Shown piece after piece: positions 12,371 to 24,801 of a stretch of DNA of 64,000 bases (its first letter is position 1; each line of letters starts with the position of its first letter). Location: positions 57,226,001 to 57,290,000 of the forward strand of contig NC_043013.1 in the NCBI RefSeq assembly GCF_006345805.1, in the 5' to 3' direction. This DNA is from Octopus sinensis (Eukaryota). A program made the translations under genes and the position numbers. Below the pieces are notes generated by a model. It saw only the letters and a list, made by a program, of their open reading frames with translations. It was not told the DNA's origin and searched no databases.

Positions 12371-13040
12371 TTATAGCTATTGTTTACCATAATTGCACAA
12401 GAAGTACAGTAGAATCACGTGAAGGCTAATAAAAATTACACCGTTTTAGCACAGATTCCCCGCACTAATTACCATTAAGAACGGACATGAAATAAATAAC
12501 TTCGAAAGGTCGAAGGCTTTTTTAGAAGCAGGTATTGGGTGTTGCAAATGCATATTACTGTAAGAGCAGGTTGGGTAAATTTGAGCGAAATATTTTTTGA
12601 TGAAAAAAAAAAAAGGATTTTCTCTCTAATGCGAAATGCAGATCGCATTACATTTGTATTTGAATTGTTTTGCTGCATAGAATTGAAACATGAACATTGG
12701 ATGTGTGGAAAGCGAAACAAATGATGGTAGCATGCTCGGCTGGATGTGCAGTGTTTGTGTCCGTGAATAACACAATACAAATTTCTTTTAAATCACATAC
12801 TAATTGCCTGAAATAATTTTGCCAACGTTTGTGTCTCTTCGTATTCATGTACTTGTATCGAAGTATACTTACATATGTATACACACGCACCCGCACGTAC
12901 ACCCACCTACACAAACATGGGTACAAATAGACACGGGTGCGCACGTGCACACACTTGTGTGTGTGTGTGTGTGTCACAATAATTTGCGGTAGTTTTTACA
13001 CCGAAAACAAGTATTTCGTGTTAATTCTTTATTCTTTACA

Positions 13041-13429
13041 TTCTTTTATTTGTTTCAGTCATTTGACTGTGGCCATGCTGGAGCATCGCCTTTAGTCGAA
13101 CAAATCGCCGCAGTACTTATTCTTTGTAAGCCTAGTACTTATTCTTTCGGTCACTTTTGCCGAACCGCTAAGTTTCGAGGACGTGAACACACCAACACCG
13201 GTTGTCAAGCAATGGTGGGGGGACAAACACAGACACACAAACATACTCACGCACATATATATATACGACGGGCTTCTTTCAGTTTCCGTCTACCAAATCC
13301 ACTCAGAAGGCTTTGGTTGGCCTGGGGCTATAGTAAAAGACACTTGCCCAACGTGTCACGCAGTTGGAATGAACCCGGAAACATGTGGTTGGTAAGCAAG
13401 CTACTTACCACACAGCTACTCCTGCGCCT
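13041..13429 (-). mobile_element. Full-length SINE family 1
   Basis: Collinear with the reverse complement of 10896-11302. Confidence 0.92.
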
Positions 13430-13450
13430 AAAAAACGATATCTTGGTCAA

Positions 13451-13745
13451 CGGCCATGCTGGAGCATCGCCTTTAGTCGAACAAATTGACCCGAGGGTAG
13501 AGGGACAAACACAGACGCACAAATACATAAATACATATACACATACACACACATACATATATAAATGTATATATATATATATATATACATGACGGTCTTC
13601 TTTCAGTTTCCCTCTACAAAATCCACTCACAAAGCTTTGGCCGGCCTGAGGCTATAGTAGAAGACACTTGCCCAAGGTATCACGCAATGGGATTGAACTT
13701 CGAACCATGTGATTGGGAAGCAAGCTTCTTACCATACAGCCACTC
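13451..13745 (-). mobile_element. Internally deleted SINE family 1 copy, adjacent to the previous one
   Basis: Head and tail blocks present, middle about 90 bp missing. Confidence 0.8.
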
Positions 13746-13829
13746 ATTCAAACCTTCTCCATTTGCAGTGAAACAGAGCTTGTAAGTGGTCCTCCTTCGA
13801 CAAATCCCTCAGAGCAACGTAGCAGAGTT

Positions 13830-13889
13830 AGAGAGAGAGAGAGAGGTGGGGAGAGAGAGAGGGCAAGGGTGAGAGGGAGAGAGTGTTGT

Positions 13890-13970
<81 letters not shown>
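13830..13970. repeat. (GA)n and (GATA)n microsatellites
   Basis: Visible. Confidence 0.95.
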
Positions 13971-13971
<1 letters not shown>

Positions 13972-14186
13972 TTTGAATATAGTTTAATTGTCTCTCGTAA
14001 GCCCAGTTGACCAAGTAGCTGTAACTAGAAAGCATTAAGTTTACAGAATGAGGTATTTTTGTTTTCTAACGGCAATGGGAACCGCAATGCTGTTGGTTAG
14101 GGGTTTATTACAATATATCCCGATGGCGACATAAGTTGCTGAAGTACAAAAATAACAAATACACACTCACATGCATCCATTCTACT

Positions 14187-14305
14187 GTCTCTCTCTCTCC
14201 CTCTCTCTCTCATCTTTCTCTCTCTCATCTCTCTCTCTCTCACCCCTCTCTCCCTCTCTCTCTCTCTCTCTCTGATCTCTCCCCCCACTCTCTCTCTCTC
14301 TCTGA
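14187..14305. repeat. Imperfect (TC)n tract
   Basis: Visible. Confidence 0.9.
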
Positions 14306-15869
14306 TCTCTTCAGGCTTCGACACTCGATATTCTGTCGTTCGAGCACATAAGCTCTCTGTTCATTTAATTAATGGCTCAGTATTCCACAAACACACACAA
14401 CATCAGTTAATCTTCCAGCAAAATATTCAGTGACTAATTCAATGAATGGGTAGTTTATTTGATCGAACAGGCTTCTGTACCGTTTCCCCTCTACCAAATT
14501 CCACTCACAAAACATTTGTTAACCCAAAGTTATTACTGGAATCACTTTCCCGATGTGCTGTACTACACAATAGAACGTGAAACCGCGTAGTTACAAATTA
14601 AGGCCTTAACTGCAGAACTAAGCTGATGCTTGATTACGCAGCCACTTACGTCTCCGTTAGTATCAGCCCTGATCTAACAGACCTATGATAAAAGACGTTC
14701 CAGGTATGACCTTCCTTACGAGATCGGGAAAAAAACTTGACTGATAGTTTTAGCTAGTTTTACTTACTCAAAACTCAAATAAAATATCTCAATCTTTGTA
14801 TAAAATCTGAAAGAGCTGACGAAAATTAAAAAGGAAAACATTCCTGATATTTTGGTAAAGAAAATTGGTATCATTCTAATGGTAGAACAATATTGCGTGC
14901 CATTAAAACTGGCCAATTCTGGCAAAGAAAGCCATAAAAATCATTTTTGTCGCAGAAGAAACGATCGCAACATGTAGATTAAAGTGTTAAAAGATGTTTT
15001 AACACTCAAAAGGAAGAATGGAAAATGTGGAATTGATTGCAAATTTTGAACTCAAGAATAGGCACTTTGTATAGAAATCCTGCACCCTTAAGGGCTATAA
15101 CCAGCAAGCGCTGCTAATATTTTGGTATCTCACCAAAAAGCATGGCTGACAAATACAATTTTTGAAGATTGATTTTTAACCAATTTTATGGTTGTTCTTA
15201 GAAAAATGCGTAACTTAATTTAATTGGTTATCTGTGTGTAATGGGCTCGACTTCATTAGAATTAGCCACAACTAAATTTCAACAGCGAAGCCAGCATCAG
15301 TAGCAACAACAATTGCTGTTTGGTCGTGGTGATGGTGACCACATCAATAACAATAACTAACATTGTATGATGAAAGATAGGGCATATTATTTCTTTGTTC
15401 AACAATACATGACATCACTTCATACTTTGTGAAATTTGCTCAATCTCAGGTTGACTGAGAGCATTTTAATTCAACTTTCAAATCAATGCATTTCTTTGGC
15501 AGTCAGAGAACATTGGAAGATTAAAGCAATTTTCAGTTGTAAAGTGGAATTTAGATATTACATTTTTACGAAGAAACACTTGTTCGGTTTTCCTGCATTC
15601 CAATGTTTTATTGAAGTTAAAAGTCATTTCTAGAACTTGATTTTCTCACAACCTCGTTATCGTACAAAAGACACTTCGTTTCCAGTTTTCAATGCAAACA
15701 AATGAACCAATGAAGAAGGATGAACCGACTCAGTCATCCCACAACAAAGCTCCGAAAGGAAATACGAAAACAAGCGGAGTCAACGAGCAGTAACAACAGA
15801 GTGGCTCAATTTTCGCAAGTTTTAGTATGTTCATAACACATACACACACACACACATGTATATGCGTGT

Positions 15870-15883
15870 TTGCATATATATAC

Positions 15884-15975
<92 letters not shown>
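15870..15975. repeat. (TA)n microsatellite
   Basis: Visible. Confidence 0.95.
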
Positions 15976-16109
15976 GAGTAGTTGAATGAATTATCTTGTT
16001 ATGGATAATTCGGTTAACCGATACCTGGGTAGCAAATTCACATCAGAGAAGACACGTTTGAAGTTACGTGCTTTCGTGTGGAAATTTGTATGTTTTTTTT
16101 TAAATTATA

Positions 16110-16799
16110 AATATATGAAAGAATGGAGTTGAACGACGAATTAACAAAATTCCTTTATTTTCGACATATGTTTCGAAGGCTGCATATTCCTAATTGCGAA
16201 GGAATAAGGAGTATATTATGCCGCTTTCTCACCAGGAAAAGCAAGGAACTTATGTCAACATCAAGACGCACAAAAAACTTTTCGATGACTGCTCACACGG
16301 AGCCCATAGCGATAATGAGTGTCTCTTTAAAAACTTCCTTTATAAGGAGTGACGTCAAAATGGTTGGATGAAGAAGAATCTAGAAGGTTCTAAAGGTTCA
16401 AGGGTTCAAACGAAGTAGGAGAAGAGAGGCATAAGAATAGGAAGGTGAAAGGGTGCAGTTCAAATGAATGGGGAATTTTCTTTTGTGAATGAGTGTCTGT
16501 GTGTGTGACTGTATATAACGGCATTAATGTGTGTGTGTATGTGTGTGCGTGATTGTGTTTGTGGATGGGTGGGTGTCAGAAAACAGACAGTGTTGAGGTG
16601 AACGGTTTGTGTCTCTGTGTTTAAATGTGCTTACTATAGATAGAGTGAAAGAGAGAGAGAGAAAGAGGAGGGAGAGGTATAGGGACAAAGGTAACTGGAT
16701 TGAGTAGTAGTTCTTTGAAAGTATAACAAGAATTTTTTGACTATGGGGGTGAAATATATAAAAAAAGAGTTATATTAATTAAAATTCAAGGGGCTATCT
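16110..16799 (-). mobile_element. Solo Penelope-like pseudo-LTR with a mutated hammerhead (16149-16249)
   Basis: Collinear homologue of 49752-50440, which directly follows a GIY-YIG ORF. Core reads CTGGTGA. Confidence 0.85.
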
Positions 16800-16879
16800 A
16801 CGCTTGCAACCCTTCTGCTCATGTGGCAGGGCTTCATTTTTCTCCAGAAGTCCGTGCCTAAAAGAGTTGTATCTATCTA

Positions 16880-17264
16880 TCTATCAATCTATCTTTTCGC
16901 CTTCCTTCTTGAATATTCGTGGGTAAAAGGGACATGCAACATCAACTATACTGCATATGTGGTGCACCTTGTCCACAACCATTAGGTCCGGTCTGTTATG
17001 CTCTAGCACTCGATCTAATTGGATTGGGAAATCGCAGAGGATTTCGCAACTCACCGACTCCGCCACTCTCTGCGCTTTGTGCTGTTACAACGTCTTGCCT
17101 ATATCTAGCCCTCACTCTTCACACAGTCTCCAATGTAGCACTTCCGCTACCTGATCGTGGCGCCAGAACTTGTGGTTTTGGGAAAGTCTAGGGCATTTGT
17201 TCGTGATATGGACAATGATTTCACCCACTCTACTGCAGAAGCAGCACAACGGAGACTTTTGCTC
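16880..17264 (-). pseudogene. R4/Dong-clade LINE fragment (CCHC knuckle plus restriction-like endonuclease), second family
   Basis: SPLCCFCSRVGEIIVHITNKCPRLSQNHKFWRHDQVAEVLHWRLC...EILCDFPIQLDRVLEHNRPDLMVVDK...CSIVDVACP...KEGEKI, with stops. Confidence 0.85.
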
Positions 17265-17266
17265 AT

Positions 17267-17718
17267 TCTTCTTCTTCTTCTTCTTCTTCTTCTTCTTCTT
17301 CTTCTTCTTCTCTTCTTTCTTCTTCTTCTTCTTCTCTTCTTCTTCTCTTCTTCTTCTTCTTCTTCTTCTTCTTCTTCTTCTTCTTCTCTTCTTCTTCTTC
17401 TTCTTCTTCTTCTTCTCTCTTCTTCTCTTCTTCTTCTTTTCTTCTTCTTCTTCTTCTTCTTCTTCTTCTTCTTCTTCTTCTTCTTTTCTTCTTCTTCTCT
17501 CTTCTTCTCTTCTTCTTCTCTTCTTTCTTCTTTTCTTCTTCTTCTTCTTCTTCTTCTTCTTCTTCTTCTTCTTCTTCTTCTTCTTCTTCTTCTTCTTCTC
17601 TTCTTTCTTCTTCTTCTTCTTCTTCTTCTTCTTCTTCTTCTTCTTCTTCTTCTTTTCTTCTTCTTCTTCTTCTCTTCTTCTTCTTCTTCTTCTTCTTCTC
17701 TTCTTCTTCTTCGTTTTG

Positions 17719-17762
<44 letters not shown>
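17267..17762. repeat. About 450-bp imperfect (TTC)n tract followed by (TAT)n
   Basis: Visible; source of the poly-L/F/S ORFs. Confidence 0.97.
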
Positions 17763-18314
17763 GTGAGAGAGCAGTTCATACCATCAAAGTGACAATGGGG
17801 TAAAATATACGAAGCCCAATATACCCATCATGACTACCCGTCTAATAAAGGTACACCAGGCACATGCATCACAACCATATGTGCGCGACATGGTGATCTC
17901 ATATCAAGATAAACAGCACATGACCTTGCAGGTGGAGCCCAGTTAGAATTTTCTTCAGGTTGAGTAGCCCATCCCGCTCAAACGGTCCCTGAATAAGGGT
18001 TGTTTAAGGATGTTGAAAGAACCACCATGTTTCCAGAGGTGAACTATTCAAACCCCAAAGAATCCCTCTCAAACATGGCTATGATGCTCCCCCACTACTT
18101 CTGCTCGTGATCAGAGATGCACATATCGTCAGCCACTAAGGGACATGCTCAACTGGTTAAAGTGAAACAACTGACAGGCAAATCTGTGGTATTGAGCAGA
18201 ATATTTGCTGTAGCCCATCTTTTATACCAAGACAAAACAATGTACATGATAACACTTCCAATCAGTTAAGATCAGAAGCCATGAGAGCCACTGCCTGGTA
18301 CTGCATCAGGGCAT
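17763..18314 (-). mobile_element. About 550-bp non-coding element bounded by (TAA)n on both sides
   Basis: No ORF; its 3' part of about 230 bp is homologous to 22729-22974, which also abuts (TAT)n. Confidence 0.75.
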
Positions 18315-18461
18315 TTATTATTATTATTATTATTATTATTAATATTATGATTATTATTATTATTCAGTAGTTTTCTTTTTATAGCGTGCTTTCACTTCAC
18401 TACCGAGCTCAGCTCTGTGTGCCTTGGGTATGTGCTGTGATTTGTTGTGATGCTCTGATGG

Positions 18462-21400
18462 TTATTGTATGGAAAGTGTTCTGCGTAGGATTTGTGCATT
18501 GCCTAGTAGTGCAACTTTCTATATGCTATATGTGTTTGTAAGTCCTGGTGTTTTTGTTATGTATTTGTCTGAATATTTTTTATCATGCCTAATGCACCTA
18601 CTATGATAGGAATTGTTTCTGTTTTTAGATTCTACATTCTGGTTACCTCTATTTTCAGGTCTTTGTATTTTGAAAGTTTCTCCATTTCTTTTAGAGACAC
18701 GTTGTCATATGCTGGTATTGATACATCAATTAGAAAGCATTTTTCTTCTTCATGATCTCTAACAACTATATCTGGTCTGTTGGCCTTAATTTCTCTATCT
18801 GTGTGTATCGGCATATCCCAGAGTATGGTTGCTTTCTCGTTTTCTGTGACCTTTTGTGGTGTGTGCCTATACCATCTTTTTTCTGTTGTTATTCCATAAT
18901 GTTGGCATAGCTTCCAGTGTATGTAGGTTCCAACTCTGTCATGTCTGTGAATATATTCCTTCTTAGCCAGGACTGGGCAGCTAGAGATAATATGATTTAT
19001 TGTTTCTTGTCCATCTCCACATATTCTGCAGTTACTTGTAATATTTCTTTTCATGACATGTTTTTGGTAATTTCTGGTGGGGAGGCTTTGGTCTTGTGCT
19101 GCAATTAAAAATCCCTCTGTTTCTGCTTTGAGTCCTGAGCTTCTCAACCATTGCTGGGATTTTTCTTTGTCTATTTCTTTTGCGTTTAGTTTAGTCCAGT
19201 ATTTACCATGAAGGGGCTTTTCTTGCCATCGTTTTATCATGGTTCGTTGCTGTTCTAGTTTTAGTTTGGATTTCATTTGTTTTATAGCTTTTGTTGTTTT
19301 TTCAGCATCATCTTCTTCTTCTTCGTCTTCTTCTTCTTCTTCTTCTTCGTCTTCGTCTTCTTCTTCTTCTTCTTCTTCTTCTTCTTCTTCTTCTTCTTCT
19401 TCTTCTTCTTCTTCTTCTTCTTCTTCTTCTTCTTCTTCTTCTTCTTCTTCTTCTTCTTCTTCATATTTATTAGGTGATATGATTTCTTGTTTATATTTGT
19501 AGCTTCCTTAAATACTGAGAACAGTTTTTTGTGTTGCTCGTGTTTTGCCGATATTTGTATCAGTTTTCCTCCCTTCTGAAGTAGATATTTTTGCAGTCCT
19601 ATGGTGGTTATTTTATAGTAGTTTTCCAGCTGTATAAGGCCTCTACCACCTTCTATACGTTGTATATATAGCCTTTCTATGTCAGATTTTGGGTGATGCA
19701 TCCTATATCCTGTCATTATTTTTCTTGTTTCCTATATATTGGTCAGTTCATTTAGTGTCCAGTTAAGGATATTGTAGCTGTAACTTATAACTGGGACGGC
19801 TAAAGTGTTAATACCTATTATCTTGTCTTTAGCATTGAGCTCTATTTTTAGTATTGATCTAACTCGTCTATAATATTCTTTTTTTATTTTCTCTTTCATT
19901 TGTGTCTTATCTAGTTCATGGATTCCTAAGTATTTGTAAGTTTGGCTTTGGTCTAATTTTTTTTATTTCATTGGTTTTATCTAGTGTGATGTTGCTACTC
20001 TTAACTAGTTTTCCTCTTTTCATGGTTACTTTGGCGCATTTTTCTAATCCAAATTTCATATCTATTTCTTTGGTAAATCCATGAACTGTTTTTAGTAGTG
20101 TTTCCAGGTGTTTGTCATTTGTAGCGTATAGTTTTAGGTCATCCATATATAAATGGTGGCTGATCGTTTTGCCGTAACATTTATATCCACATCCAGTTCT
20201 ATTTAGCATATCAGATAGAGGTGACAGTGTCAAGCAGAAAAGGAGTGGAGAGAGCGTGTCTCCCTGGAATATTCCTCTTCTAATGGGGATGGCTTTGGTT
20301 TTCATGAGTCCCTCTTTTGTTTGGAGCTGTAGTACTGTTTGCCATTTATTCATAGTGTCCTATGTATTTTATAATTGTTGGTGCAACTTTGTTCATGGCT
20401 AGTGTTTCGAGGATCCATATGTGGGGGATGCTATCAAACGCCTTTTTGTAGTCAATCCAGGCCATACTGAGGCCTTTCTTCTTTCTGTGGCTGCCTTCAG
20501 TTATGGCTTTATTGATCATTAGTTGATCTTTACAGCCATATGAGCCTTTGCGGCATCCTTTCTCCTCTTCTGGAAACAGGTTGTTTTCGTCCAGGTGCTT
20601 GTTCAACCTTTGCAATATCACTGCAGTAAATGCCTTGTACATTGTAGGGAGACAGGTTATTGGTCTGTAGTTTTCTGGTTTTGCTGTCTCATTTGATTTG
20701 GGAATTAAGATGGTTTTCCGCTTTCTTGAGCCATTCAGGCATTGGCTCTGGCTCTGCTAGTACGTTGTTAAAGTTTTCAGCCAGCTTTTTGTGCATTCCT
20801 GTTAGATATTTCAACCAGAAGTTGAGGATCTTGTCATGCCCAGGTGCCTTGCAGTTGCTTAGTCTTTGCAGTGCCTGGGTGACCTCTTCAGTTGTTATGG
20901 GGGTTCAAAGTTGCTCAGATTCTGAGTTTGTTGTTTTAATACTCCTTTTTTTTTGGTTGTTCATTCGCCGACCATATGCCTTTCCAGAATTCTTCCACTT
21001 TTTCTGCCGTTGGTGCTGCAGTGATGTCTATTTTATTTTTGGCAAGTTCTTGGTAGAACTTTTGGGGGCTGGAGTTGAACTTTTTGTTTTGTTCAAAGAA
21101 ACGTTGGCGTTTCTCATACCGGCGGATCCTTTGTGCTTTGGCAAGGATATCTTGCTTTAGCTTTTCTTTTATCTCAGGTAAATCTTTTTCTGTGATGGTA
21201 TATTTGCGGAGTATTTTTGTTTTCTTTTTGTTGCTCAGTAGCGTTGATTGTCTACTGATTTCGTTAAGAATCGACAGATCTTTTCTCATTTTTTGTATAT
21301 GTTTTTTGATGTTATTTATCCACAGGGTTTGCTTGGGTGGTGGTACTCCTGTTTGGATGTGTTTGAGGGAGTACCCAGCTTCTTTTGTGGCTGCAGTGAC

Positions 21401-22300
21401 TGCTGCATATACAAAGTCATTTAGCTCAGTGATATCGCTTTTTGTTTCAGTGGCTATTAGTTCCGTGACGGCTAGTTTTATGCTGTTTATAATTGATGTT
21501 GTTGTTTTGTCTATTTTGATTTTTGGGAGGTATGGTCGGTGGTCCATTTTGAGATCTGTGTTTTTCAGTTCTTTAATTATTCTACTTTTTATAGTATCAT
21601 AATCATTAGGCTCCCCTTCGTTGTTTCCAGGTTTTAGATTTGTGTCGCTTTCTTTCTCATCCTTATGTTTGTCTGTAGTGTTTTGGCTTGCTGCTTGCCG
21701 TGCATAATTATGCATCCTTACGGTCTGGGTTTGTTCTTTTTTGTTTACATCGTTTTTGTTTGAAATGTTACGTTTGTCTTCGTGTTTTATTATCTCAGTG
21801 TTCATATTATTTGGCATTGTTGCGTGGCTTCTATCTACATTTTCCTGATGTATTTTTTCTTTTAAATGTTCTATTTCTATTTCTGATATTTGATATTTTT
21901 TTGCGTTGAGAATGTATCTTCGTACGTTAGCTAGTTTATTAGTGTTCACTGCTGTATCCAAGTCTTTATTTATGTTATTTTTCTTCCATATTTTATATGT
22001 AAATGTTGTTGTGTTTTCGTTCTTTGGGTAGAACACTGCTGTAAAGTAAGCGTGTAGGATAGAAATGTATTCCTCACGTGTCCATTTATGCCTTTTGGGG
22101 TTTTTTTGCGGGACATGAGGAACAACGTCCGGCCCATTATTTTGACGGTCATCATTTTCGTAGGGTACCGGTCCGTTCATTTCTGTTGTCACATTGTTTT
22201 GCATGTGTAGTTTTTCATACTTTTTGTGTAACAAGTTTAAAGTACGCACTTTTCGATTGTTATTCTTTGGTTGAATAATATCGGTGTTATTTTATTTCTT
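18462..22300 (-). pseudogene. Dong/R4 ORF: N-terminal domain, reverse transcriptase, CCHC, PD-D RLE endonuclease
   Basis: RHKWTREEY; WIDYKKAFDSIPH; RGIFQGDTLSPLLF; LYMDDLKLY; CRICGDGQETINHIISSC; RHDRV; NRPDIVVRD...LIDVSIP; C-terminal PIIVGALG reached through a TAG (probably from TGG) at 18632. Confidence 0.92.
19313..19462 (-). repeat. In-frame (GAA)n tract, 50 codons, inside the Dong ORF
   Basis: 150 nt in the same frame as the flanking KYKQEIISPNKY and DDAEKTTKAIKQMK. Confidence 0.92.
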
Positions 22301-22607
22301 CGTAGTTTTTTTTGTACATGGTGTTTGGGGTCGGGGATGATCTGGTGTTGATGGATTGTAATGTATCAAGCATGTTTACATGTGCTGTGTTAGAGGTGGA
22401 GATGATATCGAGTTAAAATACATCATTTCGTTTGGAAAATAGTATTACATTTCAATGAGTATTACTTACTCGGATATAGTCCAATCCTTTGTCAGTTCTT
22501 TTTTGGCTCCATGCGATGTCTTTGTTTCCGATGTTTGTGGATAGATTTCGGAGCATTGTTTTATCGCTCTCACATGTTAAACGTCCCCGGTGTTCTCTCG
22601 TTAAACC

Positions 22608-22640
22608 TTATTATTATTATTATTGTTATTATTATTATTA

Positions 22641-22710
<70 letters not shown>

Positions 22711-22722
22711 CATTATTATTAT
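22608..22722. repeat. (TAT)n microsatellite
   Basis: Visible. Confidence 0.97.
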
Positions 22723-22728
22723 CGTTAT

Positions 22729-22974
22729 TGAGCGAGAGACCAACACATGCCATCACAGTGACAGTGCGGTACAAATATACGTAGCTCAATACACCCATCA
22801 CACCTACCCGTCTGAAAGGGGTACACCATGCACATGCATCACAACCATATATGCGTGGGATGGGGATCTCATATCAGGATAAACTGCGCATAACCTTGCA
22901 GGTAAGTCCCACTTAGAATTTTCTTCGCGTCGAGTAGCCCATCCCACTCGAAAGGTCCTTGAATAGTTAAGGAT
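22729..22974 (-). mobile_element. Truncated, diverged copy of the 17763-18314 element
   Basis: Shared blocks CACATGCATCACAACCATAT, GATCTCATATCA, ACCTTGCAGGT, TTAGAATTTTCTTC, GAGTAGCCCATCCC. Confidence 0.85.
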
Positions 22975-23027
22975 CATGAACGAAAAGTCAATCACATATG
23001 ATTGGCTAATGAAGAGGTGATTAGACT

Positions 23028-23090
23028 GGCGGTGCCCCAGCATGGCCACAGCCTAATAACTGAAACGCAGAAAAGAAAAGAAAGAATAAA
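23028..23090 (+). mobile_element. SINE family 1 3' tail fragment
   Basis: GGCGGTGCCCCAGCATGGCCACAG...ACTGAAAC followed by an A-rich tail. Confidence 0.7.
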
Positions 23091-23786
23091 AATGGGTGCG
23101 TGTGTGTGAGAGAGAGAGCATCACCTTGGGTATTTATTACTCTATTGTCTCTTCATAATTTTGTAATTTGAGAGAAACTTTGCTGTTTACTTCCAACAGA
23201 TCGCGCGATCATGCTGAAGTTGTCTTCCTGGCTGCATACACAGATACCGTCCTGGGGAGCATAAGTTGTTCGACGCTGATGCAGTAAGTATCCCAGAAAG
23301 TATCCAAGTCTGTTAGAAACACGCTTCTTTCTCTTCTTAAGAACATTGTTGGTGAAGTATGAATTACTTCTCTCTTACTACTTTGTAGAGATTGTTCGCG
23401 TAAGTTGTGGAGTGAGGTACGATTTAGTGATTGTGTGATAAGTAGCAGAAGGAAGAACTGAGAGAGCTTCGGTTACATATATAGATATACATGCATAAGC
23501 TCTCTTATAGAAAGAATTATGGTGATGCTGACATCAATATCTGACTTTATGTTGCAATACCTTCCAGTAATGACATGCATCTCTTTGAACACATTCCTAT
23601 AGAAAATTCAAATTCATGCCATGCTGAGCATCGTGGGAATCTATACATCAATATCACATGATTGGAAAGTGATAAAGCTTTGGTTAGCAAATCTTCAGGG
23701 CTTCAGCATCCTGTAATCTCATTATTATTTCAGACATGACGATAACATAAGCTAGGTCACTGTTATCAAGGGATATTCCTACAAAC

Positions 23787-23823
<37 letters not shown>

Positions 23824-24756
23824 CTGTATGTCACTGCATGGCTTTATAGCTCTGTATGTATATTTCTTATTTCTGTGTGAATGCGAGTGCGTTGTTAACC
23901 CGTCAATGTATCTACATCACTTTGTATAAGTATATATATAGAAATATATGCGTGTGTGTGTGTGTACATACATACAAACATGCATACATGCATATATACA
24001 CATATAAACCTACATATATACGCTCACATTCACATATATACATGTTTACATTTTCCTTCATATACGACATATCTTTGTGTATTCATGTGCGTGTGTGTGT
24101 GTGTATAAGCATGTCTATATGGGGGGGAGGGGTGCTTAAGTGTATATAAGTATATAACATATGTCTATTTCTGAATGAACATAAACAAATATTTTATTGC
24201 TATTATTCGTATACATTTAGATATTAGTGTGCGCCAGCATCTTTTCAGACACGTGTGTATGCATATATCACACGTCATACATGTGTGTTTGTATGCATGT
24301 AATTCTTATGTCATATATTATCATATATGCGTGTAGACACACAGACATACACACAGTCACACACACACGCACGCAAAGACAATTCCATATGCTCTGTTTT
24401 ATATTCCTCTCTGTTACCCACTTCTCTTTGTATTTGTATACGTAAATATTTCTATACGAGCAAATGCATGGAATCTGTGTCTGCGTGTAACAATGACAAG
24501 GAAATGTATAGGTATATGTATATAAGATATATAAGCATAGACACTCGTGTGTACATATGTCTGTATAATACATCAAGTACAGGACATCACCAACGAGTGA
24601 AAAATACGTAGACACCACATACATGCCTATATATATATATATTCAAACATATAAGATTTACCTTTTGTATATGTGTGTATGCAACCATAATGCTACAAAG
24701 CGTCAGTCTATTGCGATGCGTGATTATGCATATGCTCATATATATATATATACATA

Positions 24757-24801
<45 letters not shown>

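Larger units (their letters stand above)
18363..22607 (-). mobile_element. Full-length defective R4/Dong-clade non-LTR retrotransposon inserted in (TAA)n
   Basis: Both ends abut TAA arrays (18316-62, 22608-22722); the single RT-RLE ORF is broken by stops and frameshifts. Confidence 0.93.

Noticed and set aside
18095-18140. CTGACGA on the minus strand of the 550-bp element
   Set aside because: No helix II closed by GAAA and no NUH/helix I arrangement found.
23200-23283. 84-nt candidate exon (TTCCAACAG acceptor, GTAAGT donor, open frame SRDHAEVVFLAAYTDTVLGSISCSTLM)
   Set aside because: The acceptor lies in a decayed dispersed repeat, the peptide is unrecognised and there are no partner exons; RNA-seq would be needed.
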